Source: Phoronis australis
Taxonomy: Eukaryota; Animalia; Phoronida
Assembly (NCBI GenBank): GCA_002633005.1
Contig: NMRA01000068.1
Span: 18,526 to 82,525, forward strand
Direction of reading: 5' to 3'
DNA length: 64,000 nt
Part shown: in pieces, positions 27,701 through 39,420 of the stretch
Numbering within the stretch: position 1 is the stretch's first letter
Layout: every line of letters begins with the position of its first letter
Notes under the pieces: generated by a model
What the model was told of the DNA's origin: nothing
Database searches by the model: none
What the model saw: only the letters and a program-made list of their open reading frames with translations
Translations under genes and position numbers: made by a program

Positions 27701-28955
27701 ACAATACAAGACCACTTGAGTAACACTAAGTGGTTCAAACCCTAATGTGGTTTTGGTGAGAGAAAGCAGGTTTATTATTTTAGCACTGAGCTTCAAATAA
27801 AAAACATGAAATCAAGTTTTAAACACTCTATATACAAATAATTGGGAATCCAAGTTTGTTGTTATTGTAGCTAGTATGTTTTGAGGACGTTTCTGGTTAA
27901 AATACCCCACTTTGTGACTTGCAGGTAAACTTGGAGATCAGTGTCATGGTGACCTAAACTGCAAAGGCAACAACATGAACGCTATCTGTGTGGATGGCAC
28001 GTGTCAAAACGGTGAGTTATAAGGACTTCACTGCACACATTTTGGAAATAGGCTACACTCGTTGCAGTAATTAAGACACAAGAAACCTTGAAGGTGGTTA
28101 ATTGATGCCATGCTCATATCCACACCTAGCATCAAATATTGCCATTTCTACTATAAAACCACATGACTGTGGTGAATGAACTAGGGTCCTGTTTTTTCAG
28201 TGGTCATAAGCCTTGCCAATCTGTTTCATGAAAAGTAACTAAGGCCACAGAATTTTGGTCACAATAAGTGAATACAGGTTTAGCCAAATCAACTAGTTAT
28301 GAGTGCATCACAGTCTAGAGATAACTTATTTACAAGCAGTTTGGTGTATATTTGATCAAGTGTTATTTTATCAGAAAAGTCTAGACTGAATGCATGTCTG
28401 ACTTGAGCCTGAAACCACTTTTCATGAAACCGAACCTGATCTTGGATAAGGCAATGGCATTCTAAATTTTTATTGACAAAATTCAATAACAAGTAGCAAC
28501 CATTTTGCTCATATAAAAATGAAGCGTTGCCTTAGCAATAATGTGCACACAAGCCTCTTGGCTAACACTTCGTGCTTCCTGGGTCCACCATCAATTAAAT
28601 AATCCGTAAAAACAATGAAAATTAAAAAAAAAGACTGGTGCCCTTTGATAAAATACAACCTAGCTCAGTGTACTTGAATCTCACACCTACGAAGAGCATA
28701 AATCTAATGACTTGTTTGCACTCAATGGCGAGAGGCACAAAGAAGATAATGAATGCATAGCCTTGTGAGGTGCTTTTGATTACTGAGAAATATGTTCTGT
28801 AAGGACTTACGGTATGTCAATAAGTTGAACTAAGTCTGGAGCAAGTGAATGAATGTAAAAGTTAGTAATTCTTGTTTTTCTATCTTTAAGCTGCTATCAC
28901 ACGAATCCAAAGTGTGGCGCTGTTGCTTGCTTGTCTGGTGTGGAATGTACTGTGA
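9719..28955 (+). CDS. Cys-rich EB/EGF-like putative GPI-anchored protein, paralogue 2 (complete model, 342 aa; exons 9719-9745, 14132-14174, 22564-22716, 23059-23400, 24955-25092, 25881-26054, 27925-28011, 28891-28955)
   Basis: Spliced CDS of 1029 nt is open: MSSVGVATV-ISSTLLVIIITPSG-DAMEYC...CQNAAITRIQSVALLLACLVWNVL*. The first two short exons are inferred from phase, hydrophobicity and a 43-nt length match with copy 3. Confidence 0.82.
11940..13020. repeat. dispersed repeat with internal duplication (unclassified non-autonomous element)
   Basis: GCTCATAG.GGC.GCATTTTTTGACG and TTTTG.ACGG.CT.TCAGAAGATATTTTT blocks each occur twice; no coding signal. Confidence 0.5.
13400..14125. repeat. 187-189-bp tandem repeat, 4 units (plus a degenerate unit near 13028)
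   Basis: GAACAAGACTGCAGCCTATTTCT starts at 13400, 13587, 13774 and 13963. Confidence 0.9.
14132..14174 (+). CDS. paralogue 2 signal-peptide exon (ISSTLLVIIITPSG)
   Basis: tttcag acceptor, gtaagt donor, 43 nt, phase 0 to 1; same length and phase as 45072-45114. Confidence 0.65.
16217..17086 (+). pseudogene. frameshifted transposase fragment (VLVVMDFAMKFIPISFREAQSDWFGKK/MSWHVAAC ... AFLHSDNANCYHS)
   Basis: Motifs read directly; frameshift at ~16347; probable intron ~16399-16875; the 3' part is lost in the N gap. Confidence 0.65.
17087..17771. other. assembly gap (685 N)
   Basis: Run of N. Confidence 1.
21988..22078. repeat. (CAC/CAT/CAA)n trinucleotide low-complexity tract
   Basis: accatcttcatcaccaacaccatcaccaacgccatcatcaccaccaccaccacc... 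Confidence 0.85.
22564..22716 (+). CDS. paralogue 2 exon A (AMEYCKTNADC...[13 protein letters not shown])
   Basis: tag acceptor, gtaagt donor, 153 nt, 7 Cys. Confidence 0.9.
23059..23400 (+). CDS. paralogue 2 exon B (KKIEESCSNHS...RFGGEMC...FQGKKTPACMR)
   Basis: gtcag acceptor, gtaggt donor, 342 nt, 10 Cys. Confidence 0.9.
24955..25092 (+). CDS. paralogue 2 exon C (VIGDMCISNDDC...NKCACKN...ECDE)
   Basis: tttcag acceptor, gtaagt donor, 138 nt, 6 Cys. Confidence 0.9.
25881..26054 (+). CDS. paralogue 2 exon D (LGLGANCSK...GTKCIK)
   Basis: ctacag acceptor, gtgagt donor, 174 nt, 7 Cys. Confidence 0.9.
27457..27611. repeat. 79-bp near-perfect tandem duplication
   Basis: ACTTGTTTTTAAAA..TAAAAGGATGCTCTTTGTAACAAGGTGAATACCTGAATAAGGTACATATAACACAAATCTC occurs twice. 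Confidence 0.9.
27925..28011 (+). CDS. paralogue 2 exon E (KLGDQCHGDLNCKGNNMNAICVDGTCQN)
   Basis: tgcag acceptor, gtgagt donor, 87 nt, 4 Cys. Confidence 0.9.
28891..28955 (+). CDS. paralogue 2 terminal exon, GPI-signal-like (AAITRIQSVALLLACLVWNVL*)
   Basis: Pyrimidine tract plus taag acceptor; 65 nt to TGA; SVALLL shared with copy 3. Confidence 0.78.
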
Positions 28956-29938
28956 AAAGCAGACGACACTGAAAGCAAGTAAAGTGCCTGCTGCAAAGAA
29001 AATAACGGCAACTGAACATGAACTTCATAATGATTCAATGCTGAGAGCAAGTTGGTGCCAAATCTGGGTTATCTAATAAGGAAATAGCTCAATGTTGCTG
29101 TTGACTGATTCATTAGATTATAAACAGAGTTGACAGGGTTGGGACAATGACGCCTTTTCTACAGCATTACCTGTCAAATCAGACTGCAAATTTTGGAAAT
29201 TAGTGTATTTTACAGTGATGCAAGCCACAACAATTGCTGCCACAAGAATTTAACAACCTAAAAATGTAAAACTTTGTAATTGCAACGTTTGGTGAGCACG
29301 CATGTTGACCCTTTCAGAAAAAGTTATATGCTTTTTATCTATAACCAACATGATCAAAGCACTCACTATGAGAAAACATGACAATGAGCTGAAAAATTTT
29401 AGTTTTCAATTTTGCTTATCCTAATCAGAACTTAAGAGGCTATATTATCACTGCTAGAAAATCCCTATAGAGATATTAATTTATTTAGTTGTATTTTGCA
29501 TATTGGAAATGTCTCATTATTTCCCCATTTGATGGGTAACATAAATGATGTTCCAATTACAAACATTGAAAGTTTTGTTGCTCATTACCTCGTGGTTCTG
29601 AGGTATATGTGGCATTCCATGACTTGAACAAGTATTGAAACACGGTATTGAGGTGGCATGTTGACTGATCCATGTGTCTTGGTAGGCTTTACGTTTGTCA
29701 ATCATACGAAAAAATAGAAAAATGTCAATTTCAGCAATAGTTTTTTTATAATTTGTAGATTTTTTATTGTAGGCGGGCAGCTTATTGTACCCACACAGTG
29801 AGTGGGCTGATGTAAATTCTAAACTGACTCATAAGTTAGTTTTTAACAGAAGACTGGATAAGATGTGTCACAGATATTTACTCTTCTATATCTTGCAAAA
29901 TGCATATCAGCTGCACATTCATTCTGAGTAATGTCAAT

Positions 29939-31533
29939 TACCGTAAACGTTCGGGTTAACACCCATGCTCAGTTAACCGCCCACCCCCTACTTTAGGTGG
30001 ATTTTCAATTTAACCGCCCACTGCTCCGTTAACCGCCCATCTGCGATGTTTGAAGATTTCCAGTTAAGTGCACACCTCTCGGTTAAGTGCCCATCCCTGA
30101 CTTTCAAAGGTTGAAGATTTAGCGCCCAGTGCTACGCAAACGCGCGATTCCCGACTTTTAGATCGATGATCACAACTAGAGTGCAACGACGGCCTCAGAC
30201 CGAGCCGGCGGTTTGGCAATGAGAATTATAATACAAGTAACGAATTCTTGTCTCGGGTCATGGATTTACTTCAAAATATAATACTTGAACGTTTTGTCAC
30301 TTTATTTTCTTCCCATGTTTAAAAAGTTTTAGAATCCCGCCGGCTTCAATGCCTCCGCTTTTATTGACGCGGTCTGCCGCACTGAGTTTCTGTCTGCAGT
30401 GCACTACATAAAACATGTATTTGAAAAAAATCGGGCCAGAGAAATGTGACAGTGGTTTTGCCAACCCTTCCAATTCGCTTTAGTTAGGAAGCCCTCGTAT
30501 CTAGAAGAATTTCCATAACTCACGGAAAGATTCAAATTCTCCCGATTTTGATGAGTGTAATTGGCAGGTTATCGAGGATGTGTAGCGACCGAACGGACAG
30601 TGTACCTCGCAGGCCAATTTGCCGTCTCTCGATTTCTGAATCCAAAGGTTGGCAATACGTTACTGGATGTTTGTGTATCATCTTGAAGAAATAAAAAACT
30701 GCAAGTCAAATTTTGTTTTTCGCTTATTGCATCTCAGACAAGTTGGCGTTAACAGATTCTGCCAAAGTCGCGGGAGGTTGTTTATAGTACAATTTCTTGC
30801 GACAGGCGAAACTGTGAATTATCGTATGCACCTAGCTGTTTAGCTTCCTGAATATTTTTGTTTCTACATTGGGCAGTTTCAGCCTGAATAAAATTCTTAC
30901 CATTCGAGTCTGAGACATCTACGACGTAACTAATTGGAAATTGGCGGCAGTGGTAATGACGTGCACGCAGCTAGCTACGGGCATGGAACATCGTGTACAG
31001 GGATCATCGAGCCGGGAAATATTGGAACAGATTTGACATTGTAGTTTTGGGTCATTTGAACGGAGGAATATCGTAAAACACTGGGTTTTTTGTAACAATA
31101 GCTTAAAAGTACAGAGTCGCGCCGGTGTACTCCTTTACGTAGGGCTGTCGCTGGTCTCTTTTGATGTGCGATCTCTGAAGTGGTGCACGCGTGTAAGTTC
31201 CTACACTCTGGAGTGCATGTTACCTTGACAACAACATATATGATTGACAGGTGAGTCATACGTACGCGCGTGCTGAATCCATCCGCTATCTTTTGTCACA
31301 TAAAACAAGACTCATATTGAAAGAGGCTGTTAAATTACTTGATGGCATTTCCAAGTCTAGTGTTGGCATATTGTGCGCAAACAGCGGGACCGAAATTTAC
31401 TGTCATAATAACCGCCCACCCCGGATTTCTTGAAATTTCACATTTAAGCCCCTTGTCCGGTTAACCGTCCACCCCTGATTTTTTGGGTTTGCCGATTTAA
31501 CCACCCAGGGCATTAACCCGAACGTTTACGGTA
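29939..31533. mobile_element. non-autonomous TA-target MITE, copy 2
   Basis: Same TACCGTAAACGTTCGGGTTAA terminal inverted repeats and subterminal repeats as 3503-4507. Confidence 0.88.
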
Positions 31534-32799
31534 CTTCCTCAACATAAGTGAACAGACTTATAGCTGTGTTCAGAGCAACTACGGTAAAATCTCACAAATT
31601 TCGGACAAAACTGCCACAACTGCTCTTTTTGAAGGGTTTCTTATGAATGTCCACGATTTTTCAAAATATTGTGCATTTAGCAGCTTTGGTGCAGAGCTAG
31701 ATGGAAAAGTGTTGACTTCGAGCTACACATGGTCTGTCATATTGTGTCCAAAATTGGAGATTTTACCACAAGACAGGTTCTCACTATTTCTTTAGATGTA
31801 ACTGTGATGTAATCCTTACTGTTCATACCGACAATTAAAACTGTTGTAATCTTAGTGGTTTTAGTTGTTATTCATCAGTGCTATCGCTTTCCAATTTGTC
31901 CTACTTAGTGAGTTAAGGATGCCATTGTTTCCAAAGAGATTTGACAGCAGCGCCACCTACTGAGTTACAACATTTGCAACTGCCCTGCTCACAACAGTTA
32001 TATCCTCTTACAAATTCACCCTCACAAAGGGTCACATAAATGTGTTGCAGTTTTAACTCAAACCAGATCTAAAGTGTTCTCTGACAGAATGACAAACTTT
32101 AAAGGCGAAGGCAACCTTTTTTCATGTCATTTTGAGCTAAAATAAGGTTGGTTGGTTATCCTAGACATATTAATTACTCGTCCTCTACTCCAGAAGTGAC
32201 GTTTTAGGAGGAAAGCGTTTCCCGCCACTTGGTTTTGCGTTGAGTTTACCGTGCGAATCTGTTCTATTCTACTTTTGTTTTGTGCTGTTTTTCAACAACT
32301 GTCGCCACCACATTCCTTCGGCGAGTATTCTGCGGCAAGATAGGTTAGTAGAGAACTCAACTACATTGGATTTAGGGATTGTTTAGTGTGTTATAAGCTG
32401 AAAATGGCTGGAGTCGGTGACCCGTATCACAGTGACAGTAGTGTGAGTNCCCTGTGTACTCATCACCAAAAATGACAAGGGGCAACTAAATTTGACCAGT
32501 GAACCACGGCTAATCTCGTTATTAGAAAAGCAACTGGTCTACAGACAAAATCTATGGAATACATATAAACATAACTAAAGATCAGGTGACGATGTTTCAG
32601 ACAAGAGCAATGTGGAAATGTGCTCACGACTGCACTGCAAACAGTGTGCTTACAGGCTTGTTTATTTGTATCATAAAAGTGGCCATTAAATGGCAGAGAT
32701 TACATTAAACCCATTCAAAATGGGAAGTTGTCCTCGTCTCTCAAAACCATTTGCCAAATTTCATAAAAAATCGTCAAAGACCTCCTGCAAAAGATACAC

Positions 32800-32945
32800 A
32801 GGTTTGAACTTCGGACTCCTGTTTGGGAAACCCGGTTCGAATCCTGGCTTCACTGGCAGACAATCCAGCATTGCACAAAAGTGTCTCCTACTCCTCTGAG
32901 CTCGGTCTTACTAGTAAGTGAATGAATGTATGCAAGGGAATGAAT
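32800..32945 (+). mobile_element. tRNA-derived SINE-like fragment
   Basis: B-box GGTTCGAATCC at ~32833 followed by a short body and a (GAAT)n-like tail. Confidence 0.4.
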
Positions 32946-34932
32946 GAGTCAATTTTTAAATTAGCTACTGGCTAATGTTCTATGTTTACTCTGAAAACTG
33001 ACAATAACTAAATGAAAAGCGGTTATAACTAGAGCTGCTGCCAAGTCAGAACCTACTTAAGGGAACATCCTGGTTGCTACTGTAATTCACCTCAAATCTG
33101 AGAGCATGGCATAAACAGGCTCCATTGTAGTAAAGAAAACAAAGCACAGCATTTTTGTAACATTATTTAGCTTGCAGAAGGCAGTTCTTTAGAATATACC
33201 GGTAAAGTGACAACCTACCTCCTAAATAAATCTTGCACATAAGGACATAGAACAAGGTAAACAGAAATGCACAATAGTAAAGAAAACAAAGCCTAACATT
33301 TTTAATAACTTTATTTCGCTTGTAGAACGCAGTTCTTTATTATTCCTACACATAAGGAAATAGAAGAAAGTAAACATGTCACAATGGCAACACACCATAA
33401 AATATTGCCTAGTTTCAGTTTCAGTTCTCAGAAAAAAGAGAGGGGTATGAAGGTGGGCCAGATAGCAGCCACCTTACCGTAAATTTCAAATACTTAAGCC
33501 CCAGGGAATGTGTTCAATAAATGGCATATTTTTTACCTTTCTGCTGGCCCAAATAAAAGCCAGGTAATCTAGGAAACAATGAGCCTATGAACAGAATATC
33601 TGCAAGCAACATGTACGTGGAATGAGGGATTAAATATTTGAGTGAGTCTGCTTGTGGAAAATCTCGGTACTAGAGATGTAGAATAATATCAGTGAGGTCA
33701 CTTGATGTGCAGTAGAACTAAAGTGGAGTCAGTGATACACAGATAGAAGACTTAGTCACATTATCTACCCCGCAATCAACTTAACAATGAAGGTCATAGG
33801 AACACAGGTAGGAGGAAATTGCGATTCAAATAAAATGCAAAGTTGACTAAATGAGGTTCGTCTCCACAGTGTGCTTGAAATAGAGTTCATATGTGTTATT
33901 GGATTAACAAACTGTTGCATTCTTTTTTATCAAATATTTGAAGAACTTTGGCCTGTAAAAGCAGCGTTCAATAATGCTTTAATATCACTTAAAGTACCCG
34001 GTACCAATTTGTCCTCCCCATGATAGCAGTTGGTTTCTACCATTAAAATACCTTGAGAGACATCACCTACATCTGAAAAGAAGCAACCCAATTTTGGAAG
34101 ATTTGGACAAGCCAAGCCATGTCAAATTAGTGGCATTTTCATTGTGTAAAAATCAAGAAAATTCAACTATCACCATTGTGAAAAAATCAAGAAATATCCA
34201 CTATCACCATCTAATCTAGAATCACGCTCCATTAAACTCGTCAAGCAAGCCTTTTGTGTTGGTACACAGTACTGTGGTTAAGCTGGTCAGAGCTTAAAGT
34301 CACAGGAAGAAATAAACAGGTGAAAGTTAAGTCCAATTTTTCTGAAAGTCAACCGTTTTTCTCCATTCAAAGTTTCTTGGTTAAAGTATTTCAAACAAAA
34401 CACATCTGCTCAACGGCATTTTTTGAAAATTGTTAGCAAATTAGTATTTTTAAATATCAGTTAGCATCAGGTGCACTATTTACAACATAATTGCAGGATT
34501 ATGTGAGCTTATCAGATGAAAGCAGACACTGAGAGAGCTGGACTATGAAAATATTGGTTTGCCATGATCAAACATCCCAACTGGCCAATCAGTCAATCAG
34601 GATACACATTCAACAGCACACCTGCATAATGGATGCTCTATTACATCCCAATAAATGACCTGTTTCAGATGGAAATCATTTTCTATTGCATAGAAAGAAT
34701 TCAGACATGTTTATTATGGGGAAATGAGGTTAGAAAGTGTATGCATTGTGTTTCCTACAGTGAAAGAGGAAATATCCATGTAATTACAATTTTTGAAACT
34801 TTTAGCATCTTTTGAAGTCTCCTAAGGTTCTTCGTTACCAATGTAAATATGTTGATATTTTGGTAGTTTAGGTCCTTTGAACGTTTAACTTTGGTCTCTG
34901 AGTAGGTTAACAGCATACTAATTGCAAGCTAA

Positions 34933-35095
34933 AAGTGATTCCATATAAAAACCAGAAAGAGCACGATCAATGAAAAATCACCGTTTTTCAAAACTTTGTA
35001 CACTAGCTGAACTTAAGCGGCAAGACAATCCTAAACGAAATTTGTAACAAATTTCTAAGGACTTTAATCCCCTTTCCTGATCACTTTGTTTATTT
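34933..35095 (+). mobile_element. terminal fragment of the same Sola3-like family
   Basis: GTGATTCCATATAAAAACCAGA...AAATCACC...GA.CACTTTGT matches the reverse complement of 19475-19629. Confidence 0.55.
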
Positions 35096-36884
35096 ACACA
35101 AGTATTGGGATGGGAATGACTATTTTGTCTGTCTAAGAAGCCAAATGGGTTTAGCAGCAGATCATGACACCTGGACGGTTAACTTTGGAGTCATTGCAGT
35201 TATTGATAAGTGTCGATGTCAATAACGGCCTGTGTTCTGGAGCATTCGATATTCTTTTGCAAATATTCACCGTTCTAACACTATAAGCATTTCATTTCAT
35301 TTATCATCCTGAAATAGTACACAATATTTCAAACATTACATCTGCATAATGTTTTGAGAGCACAGGGCAGTCACTCACCTGAGGGGAAAAGTTCCCGTAT
35401 CTTCTAAAAGGGAAATTTTTGCATCGTTTTTAATAAGAGGGGAATTTACGCGTTGTTTTTACTTAGACAGAAACTTTGGAGATGTTTATTTACTGCAACG
35501 GTTTTCACTATTTAATGTGTTCACAAGTAAGCAAGAAGAACTTTATGTTCAACAATAAAAAAATGTGACGTATTACCATTGTCACAGTGCTTGGCTTATG
35601 AAGCCAACACCAAGAGACAAAAATTCATTTTTGCACATGTACAGAACAACACAGTTGTCAGGAAACAGCCATTCGGGAAAAAACTTTCAAAACTAGCCAC
35701 TGAATATGACAGCACTTTAACTAACACCTTAAAGTGAGCGAAGCGCTGTTTGTGAGGAACAGGTTCCCCATCTTGTACCACACAACCCAGTCACTGCTGG
35801 GACACCAAAACAATTTTGTTCTCACAACAGTGTATTGTGCCCACATCTTCAAATTGACCATTCAGTCCTTCCACCTTAGTAAATAGACAAGAACAATGTT
35901 TAACTGTTCTTAGCTGACACTGTTGTTGACTACAGTGAACGATCCAGACCAGTTGGCACTTCAAACGTGGTCTGTTTGAGACAACTTCAGAGTGGAGTGC
36001 ACAGCAAGTTCATTAATGAAAAGACAATTTCCTGTATTTCCTTCTAAGCTCCGCTGCATGGTTTTTCACAATTCTCCTCTTGTAAAACTTGCTTGTGTGC
36101 GATTTTGAGCTGCAGACACATGGAAGTTTTCTTTTAGTTTAGTGTTTTCGATATGCGAAAGTGAAATAATGCACTCCTGCACGTGGCACTTGATTTATGA
36201 GGAAACCAGTTTCCCCGTGTCTGGCTGCCCCATGACTTAAGTCAGTGGGTTCGAATACGACATTTTTAGGTCGTCTGAGTCTACAACCATGATGGGAAAT
36301 TTTGATCATTAAGAGGAATTTTTTGACCAGATGAGGGGAATTTTGCGTTATTTTTAAATATTTTTGATAGGGGAGTGGTGCTGATATTCCGTCCCAATTT
36401 CGTGGGATCGAGAGCCCTGAAGCATCAACTTGTGACGATTTAGATGATCCACCCAACATCAAATTTCAATAACTCAAGAGTCTGTTAACTACCACAGCTA
36501 GTCTGAAAGGCTCACCTACCTTCACAGTTCAAATATTCATGTTACTCTATAGCATACAAAATAAGTTATGACCAATGCAGTGCTATGGACAAGACAAAAT
36601 CACATACTTTAGACTGACATCTTTGTTGTTTTCAAATGAACTCCACTTGGTTCAACCTTTTAACAATTAGAAACGTTTACTCACAGAATTAAAACAAAAG
36701 CAATGCGGAACGTTGAAATGCACCCACGAAGGCATCGCAAATGGTGTGCTTTTAGGGTTGTTTATTCGTGTCATGAAAATGGCCACTACATGGCGCAAAA
36801 ACGTACAATCCATCCAAAAAAGGAACATGCCATGTTTCATAAAAACCTGTCAAGGAAATTCAGAAAAACAAAAGAAAACAGAAT

Positions 36885-39420
36885 AAAATGAAATTGCCAC
36901 TAGTGAGCACAGCGTCTGTTGGATCCGCCTGAAAGTCGTTGTCTGTTGCTATCTTCATATAAATACAATTTAATGAAGATCCTGCAGTGGGTTTAGACGA
37001 TACAGCTATGAGCGCAAAACAAAACAAAACAAAACTACCACTAGGAGGCGCCACAGTAGTCAGTCGCCATCATCAAACATCCTCTTCATACCAATTTTCA
37101 AAACCATCCCTAGAGTGATTTGGTTGATAGAGGGGTAGGCACCAAAAACAATATTTGAAAATGGCAAAAATGACCACTAGGTGGCGCAAAATACCTTGAT
37201 TCCATCCAAACCAGGAGGATAGCGTCATCTCACCAATAGATGCCTATATCCAAAATTCTATGAAAATCTGTTGAGGACCTTTGAAGATAAAGAGTTAAAC
37301 ATAAAAAACTAAAATTGCCACTAGGGGGCACATCAGTAGTCCGAAGTCGTTGTCGTCCATTGTCAACATCATAAAAATATACTTGCTAAATTAACAAAAG
37401 ATCCTGCAAACGGTTTAGAAGATACAGCCATGAGCGCAAAAAAAAAACTGCCACTAGGAGGCGCCACAGGAGTCAAAGTTGTCGGAAAATCATCGTCTGC
37501 CGTCCACTTTCTAGTAAAAACATACATGCCAATTTTCACAATTATCCAGACAGCGATTTGGTTCATAGATGAGTGGACATCAAAAAACAAACTCGAAAAC
37601 AATAAAAATGGCTACTAGGTGGCGCAAACTAGGTCAAATCCATCTGAAAACCGAGAGATAGCGTCATCTGATTAACAGATGCCTGTATGCCAAATTTTAT
37701 GAAAATACGTTGAGGACCTTTAAAGTGTACGCAACATGACTCTAGTACCTCAAAATAAATTTTATTATCATATCTTACTTGATTTCAGTGCCTTTAGAGC
37801 ACAGCTCATAAAGAAACACGTAAAAATTGAAAAAAATAATAATTATGTACAACGTCATGGGTTGAACCCAAGTCGTTTGGCACACTGTTCGGATCAGCAA
37901 CTAAGAGTATAGAGTGAAGTGAAAGTAAAGTATATTTAGCGTCGAGAAGGTTCGTAAAGGGATGAAAAGATGTGTTTGCAGAGGCTGCAGCAACAGCAGT
38001 CAGACGGATGACATCTCGGTGTTCCGAAGGACACCAAAGTTGCGCAGTAGTGGCATCGCTTCGTGCGCCGAACGTGAGTGTGGGACCTCAGCGTGGACCA
38101 AGTGATTCTGTCCGGAGCCACTCTTCTTCTGCCCACTTTGAGGAGTCGTGTTTCGACTCCAATCAGAGGAGATGTTACGATGAAGGCCTGGTTCAATAAA
38201 GGACAATATTTACCATTCAGAAACATCGGCTCTTTATTCAGGATCGTCTGTTGGATGACTGGGTTGACTGGCCGAGCCCGAGGCCGCTTCTCTCGCGGAA
38301 GGATCCAGTTCGTAAGGCCTCAAAGTAGAAAAGTACGCAGCTGAAAACATATCAAACTCATTCTCGCTTTCGTGCAACCCCATTTCGTCATCCTGGCCAC
38401 CATTCTCGTACGTTTCTTCAAAGTATTTGTTCATTTCTTGCTCATAATCATTGTTGCTTTCAAATTCCTTACTCTCCGCCGTTGTTCAATGCCAGTCGCT
38501 GATCTCTTGTGTTCAACCCATGATGTCACATGGCGGGAAATGTGAAAATTGGCAAAATTGAAAGAGAAATCAAAATTTCGAGCTAATGACACAAAATAAT
38601 CATGGATTTGGCTAAATTTTACGTCAAACATCTAATCTGTGGCCACTGGTAATTCGAAATGTGCAAAAATCCATGGAGTGTACTGTTTAAAGATACAGAA
38701 GTAAACGTAAAAAATAAAATTGCCACTAGGTGGCACACCAGTAGTCAGATCTGTCTGAAAGTCGTCGTTGTCCGTTTTTAACCTTATGTAAATACACTTA
38801 CTAAATTTAGGAGATATAGGAATAGGTGTTGTTGATGTCGTGCATCATTTTTTGGTCATTGGTTACTGTGTTTTGTTTACATATCACGCTGTCTATTTTC
38901 TTTATAGGTAGCAGTACATCTTTCGCCGCTGTGATTGGGTTTCTTTAAGTAAGCCAGTTCTTTCCAGTGGCTACAATAGCATTTGCATAATCTAATTATA
39001 GTAGCTTGACCGGCCGCCTATTACTACGTATTAGCCTCTGTATGTTACGCGGGTTTTGGTGACTAGTGTTTCTCGTGTATAGCGGCATTCGTTGACAAGA
39101 TCGTCGGAAAATCATCGTCATCCGTCCACTTCATAGTAAAAACATACATGCCAATTTCCACAATCATCCTTTGAGCGGTTTGGTTGATAGAGGGGTGGAC
39201 TCAAAAAACAGACTTGAAAACAGTAAAAATGACCACTAGGTGGCGCAAAATATGTCAAATCCATCCAAAAACGGGATGATGGTGTTATCTCACTATTAGG
39301 TGCCTATATACCAAATTTTATGAAAATCCGTTGAGGACTTTTGAAGATACAGAGGTAAACATAAAAAAATAAAATTGCCACTAAGGGGCACACCGGTAGT
39401 CCGATCCGTCTGAAAGTTCG
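36885..39420. repeat. degenerate tandem array of a CCACTAGGTGGCGC-motif repeat (~400-550-bp units)
   Basis: Recurrent AAATTGCCACTAG, CCACTAGGTGGCGCAAA, GTTGAGGACCTTT.AAGATA and GTCGGAAAATCATCGTC blocks; related motifs occur at 10430-10740. Confidence 0.75.
37724..38686 (-). mobile_element. TTAA-TSD non-autonomous element (Kolobok-like)
   Basis: Interrupts the host motif GAGGACCT-TTAA-AGATACAG with TTAA duplicated at 37720-37723 and 38687-38690; weak terminal inverted repeats; acidic ORF remnant containing LRPYELDP. Confidence 0.6.

Noticed and set aside
35600-36462. Possible decayed transposase on the - strand
   Set aside because: No recognisable motif; multiple stops.
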